DNA of 64,000 bases from the human T2T-CHM13v2.0 reference genome, Homo sapiens (GCF_009914755.1 NC_060939.1), one strand, 5' to 3'. Shown: positions 47,271 through 63,803, numbered from the stretch's first letter. Notes: generated by a model not told the origin, from the sequence alone. Numbers and translations are program-made.

Positions 47271-48069
47271 AGAAGTACTAACTTTACTGTGAGCAAGGCA
47301 GATATGCAAATTAAGAGGCTCTTTGGAAATGTTTTCTTTTTATGCATTTAAACTACATGTGAACATTAATAATTACCCTTATAAGAGGCCTGTTTGTGTA
47401 TGTTTCTAACAGTTACTGGCTGTGAGTTGAAGGAACAAGGAGGTGTGTGCTTAGCTTCTCCTGGTGAGAAGACCTTGAAGGAATGTGATTGAGTCCACCA
47501 CCATGGGACATTATCAGACTTGGGGGAAAGGCATTGTTTGTGCCAGTGCAGTAAGTCCTCAGGAAAGACCCAATCTTAGGAAAACAATAGCAAAAGCATC
47601 TGCCTTGGAAGCAGGATGAGAGCAATTCATGCCTGTGATATTTGTAGAGGTCATCTCAAAGTAGGTTGTCCAAGGGCACATTCTGACTCTTGCTTTAAAA
47701 AGTCACATGAGTTCCAGTGGCCTCAGCATGGGCAGATTTGTTCCTGAAATGACTCCTGCCGCACAAGAAGGACAAGACCACTATTGAGCCTTCAGTAATA
47801 TCATCATTCAAGTCCCTGGGGAGAAACATTGTTCAACCATGAATATTTCAGACAAAAAAATAAGAAAGGGTGAGTATGCAGTTTTGTTTAGTTCACCAGA
47901 GTGATCCAACTCTGACATATCTCTGAGTACTTGCTAGAAGAGAGCTGATGTTGGAAAACTGTGTGGGTACCAATGACCCCTGACACTAATCTTTTAAAGA
48001 AAGTTCACTTTTCAGAGAAAGAAAGATCTAGCATGCATCTTCCATCATTCCCCAAAAAGGCACCCTGCA

Positions 48070-48455
48070 TCCCAGCCTTTCTGAACTACATCTGGTTTTA
48101 CGAATTTCTCATATTTAACTTCCTGTAATTTCACACATAGTCTTCTCCATAATATATTTTCCCTGGATTTTGTTTGGCCAAGTTTTAATGGTTTTTCCAA
48201 GTTTTACTTAAATGTCATCTCCTCTATGATCATTTTCCAAACTCCTAAAAAAGAAACACCTTCATCTGTGCTCCTCCTAAAGAACCTCTGCCCTTTCTAA
48301 TCTCACTATAATCTGTAATATAGTTATGTCTTTATATGTATATCCTCTCCTGATATCATTAGTGAACAAACCATAAGGTAATAATCTTTGCATCCCCAAA
48401 GCCCATATTTGTAGTTGCCATTGCCATTCACTAAATGTTTATGAATAAAATAAAT
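48070..48455 (+). mobile_element. L2 3' fragment
   Basis: cttaaatgtcatctcctct...atctttgcatcccca...cactaaatgtttatgaataaaat. Confidence 0.55.
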
Positions 48456-48891
48456 ACCCACATCCCTTAAAGGATGAAGGTCACCTTCATTGTGGAAGAG
48501 AAAGTAGGATGGTATGCATGGATGTAGCCTCTTTGGAAAACACAAACTGCCACTGCTTCAAGTTCTTAAGGTGAATAATGAGTAACTTCCTTTTCTTCCT
48601 TTTTTCAAATAATTTCTTTTCAAATCTTCATGAAATATTCTATATCAGGCACTGAGTTAGAGAGTAAGAATAAAAGGAGGATTTAGAAATATTATCGTAG
48701 AGTAACTACAATTTAGTAAGATTGACCTGTCCTGTGAAGAGATAATTATAAAATGCTACTGTAAGCACAGAGTGCTGGAGAACATACAGGATGGACATCT
48801 ACTCAGCAATAGTGTGGAGGTGACAGATAATGAGAATATATTGCCATGGAAGATATGACATGTGCAATGTGCCTTAAGAAATGAATAAGCA

Positions 48892-49708
<817 letters not shown>

Positions 49709-51452
49709 TCAAATATAATGCTGGCAAAGCCAATGGAAACTATTATACAAGATATTATATGCCATGTTGAAGACTTTGGCTTTATTCTCTCATTAAGTAA
49801 CTTGTAAGTCTCATCATAGTCAAATTGTGTTTGCTCTATGAATGATTAAATTGAGATGGAGGATAATAAGCAGTTATTAATGCCCATGAGGGAACTTAGG
49901 GTTTAAAGCAGAGTAAAATAATTAGGAAATATAATTTCAACAGGAAATATTCAGAAAATGAATGTTTGAGGACATATTTTATTAGATAAAAGGATAGAGA
50001 AAGAAGAATCCAGCATGATCCTCAATGTTTTAGTTTGAATTGACAGATTTTGTTGGTGCCATAACTAAGTTAAGAAAAGAAGAAATGGCTGACCTTAAGC
50101 AGGTGACATGTTAAATTTGGGCATCCTGAATTTGACGGTCTCTGCTCTATATAAGTGTTTGAAACTCAGAAGCACAGAGATGTATAGGTCTGATGATTAG
50201 AGGAAGAGTTTAGACTATAGTGATAAGAGAAATCAGCATATAAGGGTAATTGAACACATAAGAGTGGATAAAATTAACTACAAAATGCATGGTCGTAAAG
50301 AACATTGGAAAAACTAAGAACTCTAGAGAATACTAACACTTCAGGCTAATACACAAGGATGGGATAGGGAATGATTTGTTAAAGTGATGCAAATGGTACA
50401 TGAAGCAATTAACGAGATCCAGAAAGTCAAGAAAAATAAATAATCATTACATTTGACAATATAATATTATGTAAGCTCTGAAAAAATTATTAGTCTCTTC
50501 TTAAATATATTGTTTCTTACTGTGTCCTGCACCTAGAATAAAACCAGGTATATAACAAGCTCTGAATATTTGCTATGAAGTCACTGATGGCCTTAGAAAT
50601 TTAAATTTCAATACATCAATGAAATCAAATGCCAGATGGATTTGAGAGAAGATATATGTAAATCAGTACAGGATCTAGAAGTATAGACTCTACTTCTAAG
50701 AATTTTATATGATAATTGGGAGAGAGAGAGATTGAGGAGGCATGAAATGAAGGAAACATTTTTATTCTAGAGAGAAAGAGAGCCTTGGGTTTGTTTATGA
50801 CTGAGATAAATTATAGGTTCTGGAGCAAGAAAGCATGAGTACAGGAGCACAATTCCAGAAGAAAAGGCAGAATATGAAATCAAGATCTCAAGTGAATTTT
50901 TAACAAAGAAAGAAGAACATATTGTCATTTAAGAAGACAAAAGTGAAGAACATAGAAAAGGGCATATTTTTGGTGCCCGAGGCAATAGAATATTGAGAAT
51001 TCTTCTGAGGGCCTCTCTCTTTCCAATAAGAAGGCAGTAAGAACATTGGCTGAGAAAAAGGGGAACAAAGTCAGGGCCAATGCTTGAGAAGAGTGAAGAA
51101 GCTTCATGGGAGACTTTGAGTGAGTTGTCCATAAATTAGGAAAATTAGTGAGGCCAGTTGACTTAACAGGCCGTAGAGTCAAAGATTTGCTTTAATAACC
51201 TAGTGTATTTTGTGAAATCACTACATATTTGAGGTTTGGCTGGTTGCATTGGACATAAAGATATACAGAAATAGAGGGTTTTGACCAGTTCCATGAGCCA
51301 GACAAGGAAAGTATAGAGGCAAAACACACTGAGGCCAATAAAGAAATTCAGTAGAATTGAGGTTATGAGAAAGAAAGATACTCATCTTTTATCATGCAAT
51401 TGGCAATTGAAATTAAATGTCCAAGGTAGGGCTGCTTTACGAGGTGACAAAG

Positions 51453-52840
<1,388 letters not shown>

Positions 52841-55336
52841 ACAAAGTTTAGAATATGGCCTATTTACGGGGGTAGAGGAAAATTGGAGGTGAAATAAAAT
52901 GTTGGTAAAAGTATTTGGAGTTAGAAAACCCAATAAAACAAGCCATTAGGCAAATCACAAATATACCTACATAAACGTATTTTGCTACTTTGGTGGATTA
53001 TTGAGATACACCAACCAAGCAGGGAGGGTGACTAGAGGGCTAAATTTGAGAGAAGAACAAAGTAACCAGTTTTCTCCAGCAGGCCAGAAGTGAGTCCCCC
53101 GCTCTTTGTGTACACACATGTTGATCAAAATATTTAGTGACTGTGTCTGAGTATCATAAGCCATCATACAGAGAGTGTTTGCCTGCAAGTAAAGTTGTCC
53201 CTTCAAAGGAGATCTTACAATCTCATCAGTTACCCTCTTGTACAGTTGCAGATGGGGCCATGTACACATGTGGATTTAAGAAAATGTTGCCTCTTGTATT
53301 TGAAGATATTATCTAACCTCTAGAGTCCTTAATACTTCTGCAGGATGACGGGAGTATTACTGGTTTCCCTCAGGTTCATCTTTCCGAGGCAGTTTATATG
53401 GAGCAACCTCTTAGCATTAGGAATCATTCCAGGTTTCTTCTTCAGGCACTGGGGTCTATGAAGCATTCAAAATTAGTCTGTGATGGGAGCTATTTTAGCC
53501 TCATAAGATATGCCCTCAGATTACACTTAACATTTTTTTCTCTTTAAAGAAACACTGGCCATAAAAATGTTTAATTGGCCAGAAGTATCTCTGGAGGCAT
53601 GCTGTTTCATTAACTCAAGGAGACATCAGAGCCATTTTAAGAGATAAATCTGACCCGCTGAACACTAACATTTTGTAAGATTAGAAGCCTAGACTATAAA
53701 AGCAGTTTGCCAAGACGTACATTTATGGATTTTACTTGATGGACTTCTGTGTTCCACTTCTATAGCTTAAGTCTCTTCCTGTTATAATATGAGCAACGTA
53801 AAAAAAGGTAAATAATTAGGGCTTGAGAGAGATCTCAGCTTATGTTGCTCAAAAATCAGCTGAAGGAGTTTTATGCGACATTAGCCATTTTTATCTTAAG
53901 GATGCCCTGAAATCTAAAGCTGTCTTAATGTCAGCCGCATGTAAGGGTCTCTGTAGAAAGGTGATCAAAAGGACTCTCCTGGCTTAGGTGCCCTTTGTCT
54001 CAGAGGAAGGTGATCCATGGCATCTGGAGATGATGGAACGCATGATTAACATTACCACAGAGAATGATTAATATCTTCTTAAGGCACCTACTTCCAGATT
54101 ATCCATCATTTCATTAGAGTGAAAAAAGTTCCCTGTAAAAAGGGGCTGGCCCTCTGAACCATGAATAACTCACCCACCCCTTGACATGTTTACTAATTGA
54201 GTAGCAGAGTGGGCTTAATACTTTAATATATTTATGCTAAGCAAATTATGACTTTTTTTTAATGCTCAGGGTGAGTTCAGGATTGTAGTGAAATAACAAA
54301 TTGCTTTTGTTTGGCAATTAAAGGTCATTTTATGATTAATACTAAACTTAACCCTTATTCTTGACAGAAAGCATTAATTTTTTTGTCATAAACCATTGAC
54401 CAGATTTCTTGTGAGAGATTTTTGCTATGCAATATTGGTTAATTTGCACTGTAGATGTCACATTTAAAAGATTCCTCATTAACCAGGGCCTTTGAAAGCA
54501 TCTAGTTTTAGCCTGAGTCTTGAGTCCATGAATTTATTTAGTGTTTTACTTAAAGAGAGATTATGTATTCAGGAGAAGAAAGTGCAAGGATGATGTCAGT
54601 TTTCTGTATTTTCTTCATCTCCACTATAGAATGAAATTCTCCTTAATGTGGTGGTGATGTCTCCACATACTAAGCCTTCCCCATCCCCCAGAGTCCTAAA
54701 ATGTAATTTCCAAACTATACTAAAAACTATTTCAATATGTGTGGCTACTTACATAATAAATCAAGAAAATGATTTGTACAAGTCAATTAACAGACCACCT
54801 TTTTATTTCTTAAACTCAAAATACTTTTCGTTTCAATACCTTGTCCTCAGAATTTTTCACTTTATTTTGTTTATGTAAAATTTTGGGAAAATGTCAAATT
54901 TATATTTACCTTCAGGAACGATCTCTATCCTGCTCCATTCCCAACACGATGAATTGATTTAAGATCTTAGTTTTCAACCAGTCCTTTTGAAACCTAAGAA
55001 CACATGAAATTAGAGGAGGAAATGGCCTTAGTAAGACCCCTTCGAGGAGCTTCCTGAGGCTCCTGAGGCAGAGTCGAGTTCTTGGTGCCTAAAGATAAGG
55101 AAGGGTTTCTGTCCACATTACTCAGCTCACCAGCTGTGTGACTTTGAGTGTGTCATTTCTAGTCTTTGGACACCTGGGAACTGAAAGGCTAGGTTAGATG
55201 ATCGCTCCAAACCTGTGACATTAATGAGATGAATTCAATGAACAGTTCTGATAATATTTACATAATTTTCTCATATGATACCTTGTATCATGATAAATAA
55301 ATTCTTCTTACATTTCTAAAAATGGTAACTCATCTT

Positions 55337-55378
55337 TGGTGTCATGTTAATCATGTATGGTGTCATGTTAATCATGTA
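55337..55378. repeat. Perfect 21-bp tandem duplication
   Basis: tggtgtcatgttaatcatgta x2, followed by a partial third copy. Confidence 0.9.
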
Positions 55379-56964
55379 TTGTGTCATTTGTGTGATGTGC
55401 ATGTGATGCACGTATCAGGCTAAATTCTGAGAAAAAAAATTACCTTACACTTTATTTAAAGTCTCTTGAACATCGTACGTATTTTTTCTTTCCTTTTTTT
55501 TTTGGTGAAAGGAAGCAACTGATTAGAAACACACTTATTTCAGGGAATGTCCAAAATAGAAAATGTGAAAGGATACAATTTATCTCACACTTCTACAAAT
55601 AAAATGTTTCATTGTTGCAACGATCTAAAAGATTGCAGTTGATCAAAACCAAATTCAAGTGTGTCTACTGTATTATACTACATATACCATAAACCAGAAA
55701 TAGACTCATTGATACAAGATTCATTTCCTGAGGAAGGGTCTACAGAGCACTATTCTGTGAGCCTTTTATAAACAGGAAGTAAAAACAAACAAACAAAACT
55801 TAAATACTTGTTAGAAATGCAAAACTAAATAATGTTAAATAAATTTCTTTACCATAAGAGTTTTCACATTGTTTTGATTTTTTAAGAAGGTATAAAGCAT
55901 ACTTCCCAAACTAATTTGGCAACAAAACCACTCATTTATTTATTTTATTCTTTTTTCATACTAAAACTGAGTGGAAAATAATTGTACGTACACAAACATG
56001 CATAAATGTGTATTTATATTTTACTACATATTATTATATATCTGTTTATGCATATGTAGTAATAGATACATAATTTTTTATCACATTTCAAGATTGTGGC
56101 TTAGGCTGGAGAATTAAGAAATATTTGTGGTAAGCATGAAAAAATGAATAATCTAATGATAGATATAAAATCTAGCAAGAATTGCTGTGATACAAAGTGT
56201 GAAACAGTAGAAATAATTTATGATCAGATAATGTATTACTTATATTTCCATCCTTTGGCTGTTTGCAATATGCAGACATGTCTGACTAAGTCCAGAACAA
56301 GAAGATGACACGAAATGGTGGCCATTGGCTTTACCTTTAATGAATGTATTGCAGTTACCTTGGTGGCCTTGGTGGAGTGGTGGCTTTAGGGTCACGTCAG
56401 CATAACCTTCATTTCCTGTTTTGGTAAAGCTTTAAAAGATTGTGGGGGAGCGTGGTGTGAAACCAACTTTAGAAATGTAGGGTGCATGAAGATCTCCACC
56501 ATGGCCAGATTAGGGGCGCTTGGGCAAGCTCTTGCCCTCTAGACTGTGTCGATAAACACTTTGACTCTAAACAACTATGAGTGTGTCCAGGAGGAACTAC
56601 TCTGCTCTGTAGTGGTGGTCCTACCTGGCTATCTCTATAGCAGGGAATTTGTTTAAACATCTCTTCAGAGGGCACAAAGAGGCACAACATCAAAGAGATG
56701 TTGGAGACCTTACAAAGAGGTCACTCTGACCTGAGATGAACATTGTCACTTCAGAAACTTAATTTCCTATTTCCTACTGCTTTTGCAACTGAGGTCAAAA
56801 CTCTTTTGGAACTGAGTGACATACCGTCATCTGAGGGGCAGTGATATGCCAGGGAGGTATGAGTTTTCTGGTCAAGCATCTCTGAGTTCAAATTCTGGCT
56901 CTGCTACCTACTACTACTTGTGTGTTTGCTCAGTTTTACCATCCAAGAGGTATGATGGAGCCTT

Positions 56965-57105
56965 GATACTCAAAATGTATTACATGTGACATCCACATGC
57001 CTTGGGAGCTTTTAAGAAATGCAGAATCTCAGGCCCCACTAATAAATAAGAATCAGCATTTAACAAAGTACCACTTTGTACATGACAGTATGGAAAGCCG
57101 TATTG
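56965..57105. mobile_element. MER5-like hAT relic
   Basis: gggagcttttaagaaatgcagaatctcaggccccac...gaatcagcatttaacaa. Confidence 0.6.
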
Positions 57106-58029
57106 GATATGAAACCAATAAAGATATACTGGAAGTCACTTGTGGAGGGACCTTGAAAAATATAAACTATGACACATGATAAATACATTATCATAACAAT
57201 TCTGATTACTGAGATCAAATCATTGAAACCCTTTGGATTATTGGATAATGTTTTCCCTCCAACATCTTTCCATTTCCTCAGAAACAGATACACAGTGATC
57301 ACTGTCTATTAGATTGTATTGTCAACTTGATACCTCAGCTTTTCTGTTACTCCTTCTCACCTTCTGATGTTTCACCCATTTCTTTGGGATTCATCCCACA
57401 CTTATAAAGTGTAATATAAGACCAATTCTTGATTAGAGTTAACTTGGATTGGACTTCAAATATTTGTCTTTATTTTTTTCATTTCTGGAATTTCAATATT
57501 AAGTTTTGTAGAACTCTGCTTTCAGTTCACTACATTTAAGAACAGCAGGCAGTAAACCAATAATTCCAGGTTTAAGTAGACCTCCCTTCTGTGTTCCTGT
57601 TGTCTCACACCATCCTGGTGTTGTAGTGCGCCAGGACAAGTTTTGTGTTGGCCTTATTAACATTGTAGTATCTTGACCACTCAGGAGGAATTACCTGAGG
57701 AGGAAAATATGGCAGTCATAGTTGCCCCAGAGCAGAAAGTTCTCCTGTCTTCTGCCAGTGAAATAGGAGAACATATCGATTTGCTTGTCACTACCATCGT
57801 GTGATTGTGTGTGTGTAACAAACTAAGTGACCATAGAGCTAAAAACTTTAGAAAATCCTTTGTTGACATCCTTGTCTATAAAGAAACAGAAAATCAGAAA
57901 AAAAGTCTGACCAAAACCCTTTAAAGGAAGGGGCAGAAGAGATGATAAGAGGAAACTGCAGTAAATGGCCAAAGATGAACTCTGATCAAAGGGTTTTTTG
58001 ATTTTGTTTTGTTTTCAAATCTCTGGGGA

Positions 58030-58245
58030 GTCAGCTTGGTTTGGCGAGAAAGTTTGTGAGTTCTGGATCCCTGTCCCACCTACTGAAGACATGGCTTTGA
58101 ACAAGTTACTTCACTTCTCTGGACCTCAGTCTCTCCACCTGAAGAAGAGGAGTTCTCTCTCCCATTACCTCACACTAATCTGTGAGAATTAAATAGTTTG
58201 AAGACAGCGTGTTGCTCACACAGCACTTATATCATAAATATCACA
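58030..58245 (+). mobile_element. MIR SINE
   Basis: ctttgaacaagttacttcacttctctggacctcagt...tgtgagaattaaat. Confidence 0.7.
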
Positions 58246-59744
58246 GTTCTTCAAGATCATTGTTTATTCCACAAACATTCAACTCCAGCTTGTCTTTTTC
58301 CCTCAACGCAATGGCCTCTGGGGCTCAGGCACACAGGCATGACAGGGCCCTAAGCATTACTTAAGCCACAGCCTGCAAAGACCTTTGGCCAGTGAAGACC
58401 CCGCCCCACCCTCCAGGCCTCAGCATCCCCAGTCAGGTGGCTGTTTGTCCTCCTCTTTGCCCTCTCTGCTCTGTTGCGATCATCCTGGATTTTCCCTCTA
58501 TGCAACTGCTGTCCAGACCAGCTGCACCCACTGCATCTTCAGCAGTGGACCGAGTAGGGTATTAATCATATTTTTGAGGAGGACACTCTGCTATTTATCT
58601 CCCTGACACCTCCAGCGATGGGCTGCCCAGGCCTGCCCACAGTCCATTGACTGGTGAGATTACACATTACCTTGCTCCATTGCCTCTCCCTGCCCTCTCC
58701 ATTGACTGGCTGTTCAACAGTGGGGTTGTGTTTGTTCAATCAGACATAATTTATACCTTTTTTGTTCTTACTGGAGAGTGCACGTTAATATTTAGTTGAA
58801 GTGCAGCATTTTCAGCTGAATTTCAGGCTAAACAAAACTGAGATCAAAGATGCTAAAAAATTCTGTGACCCCTCCCCTACTGCCACCAACTACCATGGAA
58901 ATTATGGGGACATGTGGGCTTTAGCCAGCAGCTGCGCTTGCTCCCAGGTTTTGTTATAAATTATGTACAGATGTGCATTTATACATAGTCTCTACCTCAA
59001 AGTTTAGAAGTCCCTACAGAGAAATAGTCCATCCTTCACTCAGCTTCCATGTAATTCCTTTTCGCCTTTATGTGTAATCTCTCATTACAAGTCACTCTGG
59101 TTTGTTTGGCGTCTCATAGCCTCATTTGTCACTTATCTTCTCTCTTCTTAACCCTTTTTTAAATTTTAAAATTCAAAGCAAGGGGAGGGTAGCAGGGTTT
59201 GCTCAATGATAGCAAAAATCCAAATATGTAAATAGCATTAATAATTAAATTAATTGCTGATTAGCTAATCAGCAAGCTTAATAGTAAACTGCCTGCAGAG
59301 GGACAAAAGGCTCAGGCTTCACCACTACACACCAAAGTGACTTGGTTCTTTGTGTTCAAAAGCATTGTTCCCTTAAACGCGTTTCCAACATTAATAATTG
59401 GCTCAAAATCTGTGGGATTATGCTGAATAGGCAAGTTAAAGAAAAGAAACATTCAGTCAAGAGTTCTCTGAATTGTTCATGCATTTATTCAGCAAGTAAT
59501 TATTATGTCCCTACTATGTGCCAAGTGCTCTGCAAGCAGCTGAATTTATTTTGGTTTTACACACACTTTATTTTATTTAGTTAGTTAAGGTAGAAGGGCA
59601 TGATGTTTTTTATGTTAATGAAAACCTAGAAATGCAAAACTTTCATACTGACTCCTTATTACATTGCATGGCTTATGCACCATACAATAGAAGGTGGAAA
59701 TGTCTGTCATCTGTCTAGTGCCTAGTAGCAGTGATAATAATTGA

Positions 59745-59975
59745 GGAATAGTAGAAAGAGCACTAGATTGGAAGTCAGGTCTGATGATGCTGGAACCCTG
59801 TCTCTATGTGTAATAGTTACATGCTTTTAGAGAAGTTCTCCAACCACTATGAGTTTTAGTTGTTGCTTCTAAAAATAGGGATACTAGCAATCCTGATGAG
59901 AATAAATTACAATAAATGTTTGAAGAGGTTGGCACATAGATAACATTCAACACCTGTCAATCTGGTCATTATAAT
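59745..59975 (+). mobile_element. MIR SINE (degenerate)
   Basis: tagtagaaagagcactagattggaagtcagg...taaaaatagggata...tgagaataaat. Confidence 0.65.
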
Positions 59976-60036
59976 TTGTATTAGTGAATGGAAACAGACT
60001 TATACTCAAAGAAACATTTTATTATAAATATACCAT

Positions 60037-60461
60037 TTTATTAATCAATTCTCGCACTTCTGAGACTGGGTAATTTACAAAGAAAAGATGTTTAACTGGC
60101 TCATGGTTCTGCAGGCTGTATAGGAAGCACAGTGGCTTCTGCTTCTGAGGAGGTCTCGGGAAACTTACAGTCATGGTGCAAGGTGAAGGGAAAGCGAGCA
60201 CATCTTCCACAGCTGGAGCAGGAGGAAGAGAGACAGGGGGGAGGCTCTACACACTTTCACACTTTTAAACAACCAGATCTCAGGAGAACTCACTGACTAT
60301 CTTGAGGACACTACCAAGGGGCATGGTGGTAAACCATTCAGGAGAAACCACCACCCCCCGCCCCATCATGATTCCATCACCTCCCACTAGGCCCCGCTTC
60401 CAACACTAGGTATTACAGTTTGACATGAGATTTGGTGGGGACACAGATCCAAACCCTATCA
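60037..60461 (-). mobile_element. MSTA/MSTB (MaLR) solo LTR
   Basis: ctgagactgggtaatttacaaagaaaag...ggaagcacagtggcttctgcttc...catgagatttggtggggacacagatccaaaccctatca. Confidence 0.9.
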
Positions 60462-60854
60462 GCTATCAGATTTACCCATTCCTCAGAAAACCTAGGGAAA
60501 TATACAATAATGTGTAGAAGTGATGAGCACATTGTACATTAGCACGTGCTGCCTTTGTCATCTCAGTATCATTCTGGGAGTCCTGCTAGTCCACTGGCTG
60601 CTTGTGTGTTGCAGTGTCCGCTGGGTGGGCACAGTCCATGGCTTCCTCCATTGTTTTGGGCATCCATGCTCTTCCATTGTTTCCAGACTCCATAAGTGTT
60701 TTGAATGTGTCTGTGTTATGATGGCTCCCTCCAAACTCACATTTTGTTTGTACTTACATCTACATTGTTCACTCTATATTTGTTCAAGGTACGCATGCAT
60801 CTATAATTGTTCTGTTGTTCTGGCATGGATGCTTCTCCAGGACCAAGCCACAGT

Positions 60855-61070
60855 TTAGTGGAAGCTGATGTATAGCAGTCAATTTGGCTTAGCATAAATC
60901 TTGGCTCCACCCTTTGCTATGTAATTTTCATGACTTTTCTTAGCTTCAGTTTTCTCATATATAAAAATACAAATGTCAGTTCTGTTCTACATGTTGTCGT
61001 GAAGACTGAATTAAGTAACATGTAAAGCATCCTGCATGTAGTAAGGACTCAGTCAGTGCTTGTTTCTCTC
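60855..61070 (+). mobile_element. MIR SINE
   Basis: aaatcttggctccac...gcttcagttttctcatatataaaa...catgtaaagca. Confidence 0.65.
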
Positions 61071-61139
61071 CTTCTGTCTTTCCTTCCTTTTTTTTTCTTT
61101 CTCTCTTCTTTTTGCATTTACCTTGTTATTGTAGTTAAG

Positions 61140-61380
61140 TGACATTGCATAATGAAAATACTGTGAGATTTAAAATTGGAAAAAAATTGTTTAAATCTTG
61201 GACTCTTCAATTACTTTGGACAGATAATTTAACATTTCGAATCTCAGTTTCCTCACATCAAATAGGGGCATGTTCTTCACCTATACCACCCTGAACACAC
61301 CCAATCTCACCTAGTAGGGGTATAATTGCACCCCCGTTCTAAGGTTGTGTGAGAAGTAAATTTGATTATGGCACCACATG
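61140..61380 (+). mobile_element. MIR SINE, interrupted by a 5S fragment
   Basis: ctttggacagataatttaac...tctcagtttcctcac..aaatagggg[insert]...ggttgtgtgag. Confidence 0.65.
61273..61312 (+). pseudogene. 5S rRNA retropseudogene fragment (nt ~1-40), tailless
   Basis: ataccaccctgaacacacccaatctcacct vs 5S ATACCACCCTGAACGCGCCCGATCTCGTCT; differences are mostly CpG>CpA; TSD aataggggcatg / agtaggggtata. Confidence 0.8.
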
Positions 61381-63659
61381 CATCGTGTTCCCAACAGGAA
61401 ATCCATACCTTGTCTTCATTTTTTTCTTCCCTGTTTCTCAGCAGAAAATGAGGACAGGACCTCTACTCCTACCTTGTGTCTCAGTGTCCCAGTTAAATAG
61501 TCAAACATTTTAAAAATAGTTCAGTTGAGTAAGCTCAGCTAAGAAGGATAGAGTATTATACAAGCTTCTTCCACATTGGTTCCGTAAAGATCATATTGAA
61601 TGGAAAGACATGAAATAAACAACCGGTAGAACTTCTACACAATATAATCGGAAAGAGAAGAGCTGTGGCTATTCTCTGGGTCTCTCACGGTTATTCACAG
61701 TTCTGATTTTCTCCCCACAAGTGTCTATTCTTTTCTTTCTCTTGCATATATATGTATGGCCAGCACCTTTAATTCTGCATGGGGATCTCTCACCTCCCCC
61801 CACTACCATCTAGTTCCTTTGCATCTTCTAATTCAAACTTCCAAGAAAGAAAATCTAATTGAAGTCACTCCTCCCTTTCAGGAGGAGTAGTATGTATCCT
61901 GGGCCCTTTATGAGCTTATTAATTGGTTCCCATTGGTAATAGGCAATCCCATCAAATCCATCTGCTGTAGACAACAGCCCAAAAGACTATCTATCTGCTT
62001 AGGGGTGAAGTGGAAGCTGAGCTTGGCAGATACATTGACACATGTAGAACATGAAACTAGTTAATTTTTACAAATGAGTGAAATTGGTCTCTGTTCTGTG
62101 GTAGGACATTTGAAAAATCTCATAGAGGAAGAATCAAGATAAATAGAGAGAGTCGAGACCAAAAAAAAAAAAAGAAGAAGAAAGCAAGCTAAGAAAAAAA
62201 ATATTTTATTATCCCATTGTAAACCCAAAGGAAACCTCCTGACAGTGTCCCACAATTATCTCTAGAACACCAGAGGATTCTCTGCCAATTAGCTTTAGTT
62301 TACAAGAAGTTTTACAGGCTATGTTGCAGAAAATTTCTCTGCCAGCAGAGATAACATCTAAATAACCCGGTGAGGCTTTTCCAGTCTAATTGTAATAAGG
62401 TTTTGAACTCAACAAAAGCTCTTGACAGGGGTGAGAAGATACCCTCTGCAAGCATACTCTGAGATGACCACGCAGACAAGGCACTTTCTTAGAGGCTGGG
62501 ATGTCAGTGCTACTCTCATTAGGGGCCTTCGGCTACCAAAGCAAGCCCTGGCCCCGAGATTCTCCAGGGAGAGGCAGAGACCTCAGGAGGACACAATAGG
62601 AAGGGAGAGAGAAAGCCCAAGAAGGCAGTAGGGATATTTGTAGGAGTAAGAATTAGAGGCTGCTGTAAAGCCAAAGCCAAGAGCAAAAAAAAAAAAAAAA
62701 AAGTGTATTCTGTAGTTGAATTCAGAGTGGAAATAACCAAATCTCTCCATTAGGCAGGTGATTCTAAAATCGGCTTCTTTAAATAGAATGCATTAGCAGC
62801 ACTCAGAAAATTCTTATATTTAAGGAAGACATTTCACTCTGATGGCATTCTCAGTAGATTTCTTTATACTTTTCTCGATGATGAAGCATTGTAAAAATAC
62901 TGGTAGAAATATCTATTCCTGGTTTTAGTTTTTCTGCAGGAAACAAACAAAAAATAACACTTTCATTGGTGTGATGAGAATTTTGCCTGGTTAAATTCAA
63001 AACTACTAGTATTGGGCTCCTTCGGTGTGTACAAAGTCTATGTGTGATTCCGTTTAATAATCCTTTGCTAATGTTTGTCCATAACTTCTCTTTAATAAAG
63101 GGAATTTATTTTCATCTCTTGGCAAATTTGGAGATCAGAATTTGCCTGGCTCGGGTGGGTATAAAGTCAGTTGCAGATAAATGGCCTTAAAATATTTCTG
63201 CCACATGATTGTATAGGATACTTTCTCCTGAACCACTCTCAGTTCTGTAATTTTGCACTGTGATTGTAGGCCAACCACTGGGGCATTCAGTCTTCTAGAC
63301 CAGGCCAGATAGGAAAATAGCCGTGCATTGATGACTTTCTCTTGGTTTGTTTGACAGTGTCTGTATCTGTGATTAGGATCTCACCACAGGTTCAATGTGT
63401 CTACTTGCCCAGGCTTTGAACTCAGTGTTTGCAAACAGGTAACAGAAAGATAGAAAGATAGGAGTTGAGTCCTGTTACTTCACCGCTTGATTTGAGACAT
63501 TATATGTAGGAATTAGAATAAACTTACTTTCTTAAGACTAGCTCTGTCTTTTGGAAGAAGACTCAGCAAAGACGAAATTGTGTAGCTACACTGGTAGATA
63601 TAATTTAAAAAGCAGCACTTGAGATTTCATTTGAGAAAAACAAACGTAAAACTTACACA

Positions 63660-63803
63660 CAGGACTGGCTATATGATTTGTGGGGTCCATTGCAAAATGA
63701 AAAGGCAGAACCCCCTTGTTCCAAAATTATTAGGAATTTCCAAATGATGCCCACAGAGCATTGGACTGAGCTGGGGTTCCTTCTGAGTGTGGGACACTGT
63801 GCT
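63660..63803 (-). mobile_element. MER45A (hAT-Tip100), partial
   Basis: caggactggctatatgatttgtggggtcc.ttgcaaaatgaaaa...ttgttccaaaattattaggaattt...ttctgagtgtggg matches the reverse complement of MER45A. Confidence 0.8.

Noticed and set aside
61500-62000. Possible old MLT1-type LTR
   Set aside because: Similarity is too weak to call by eye.
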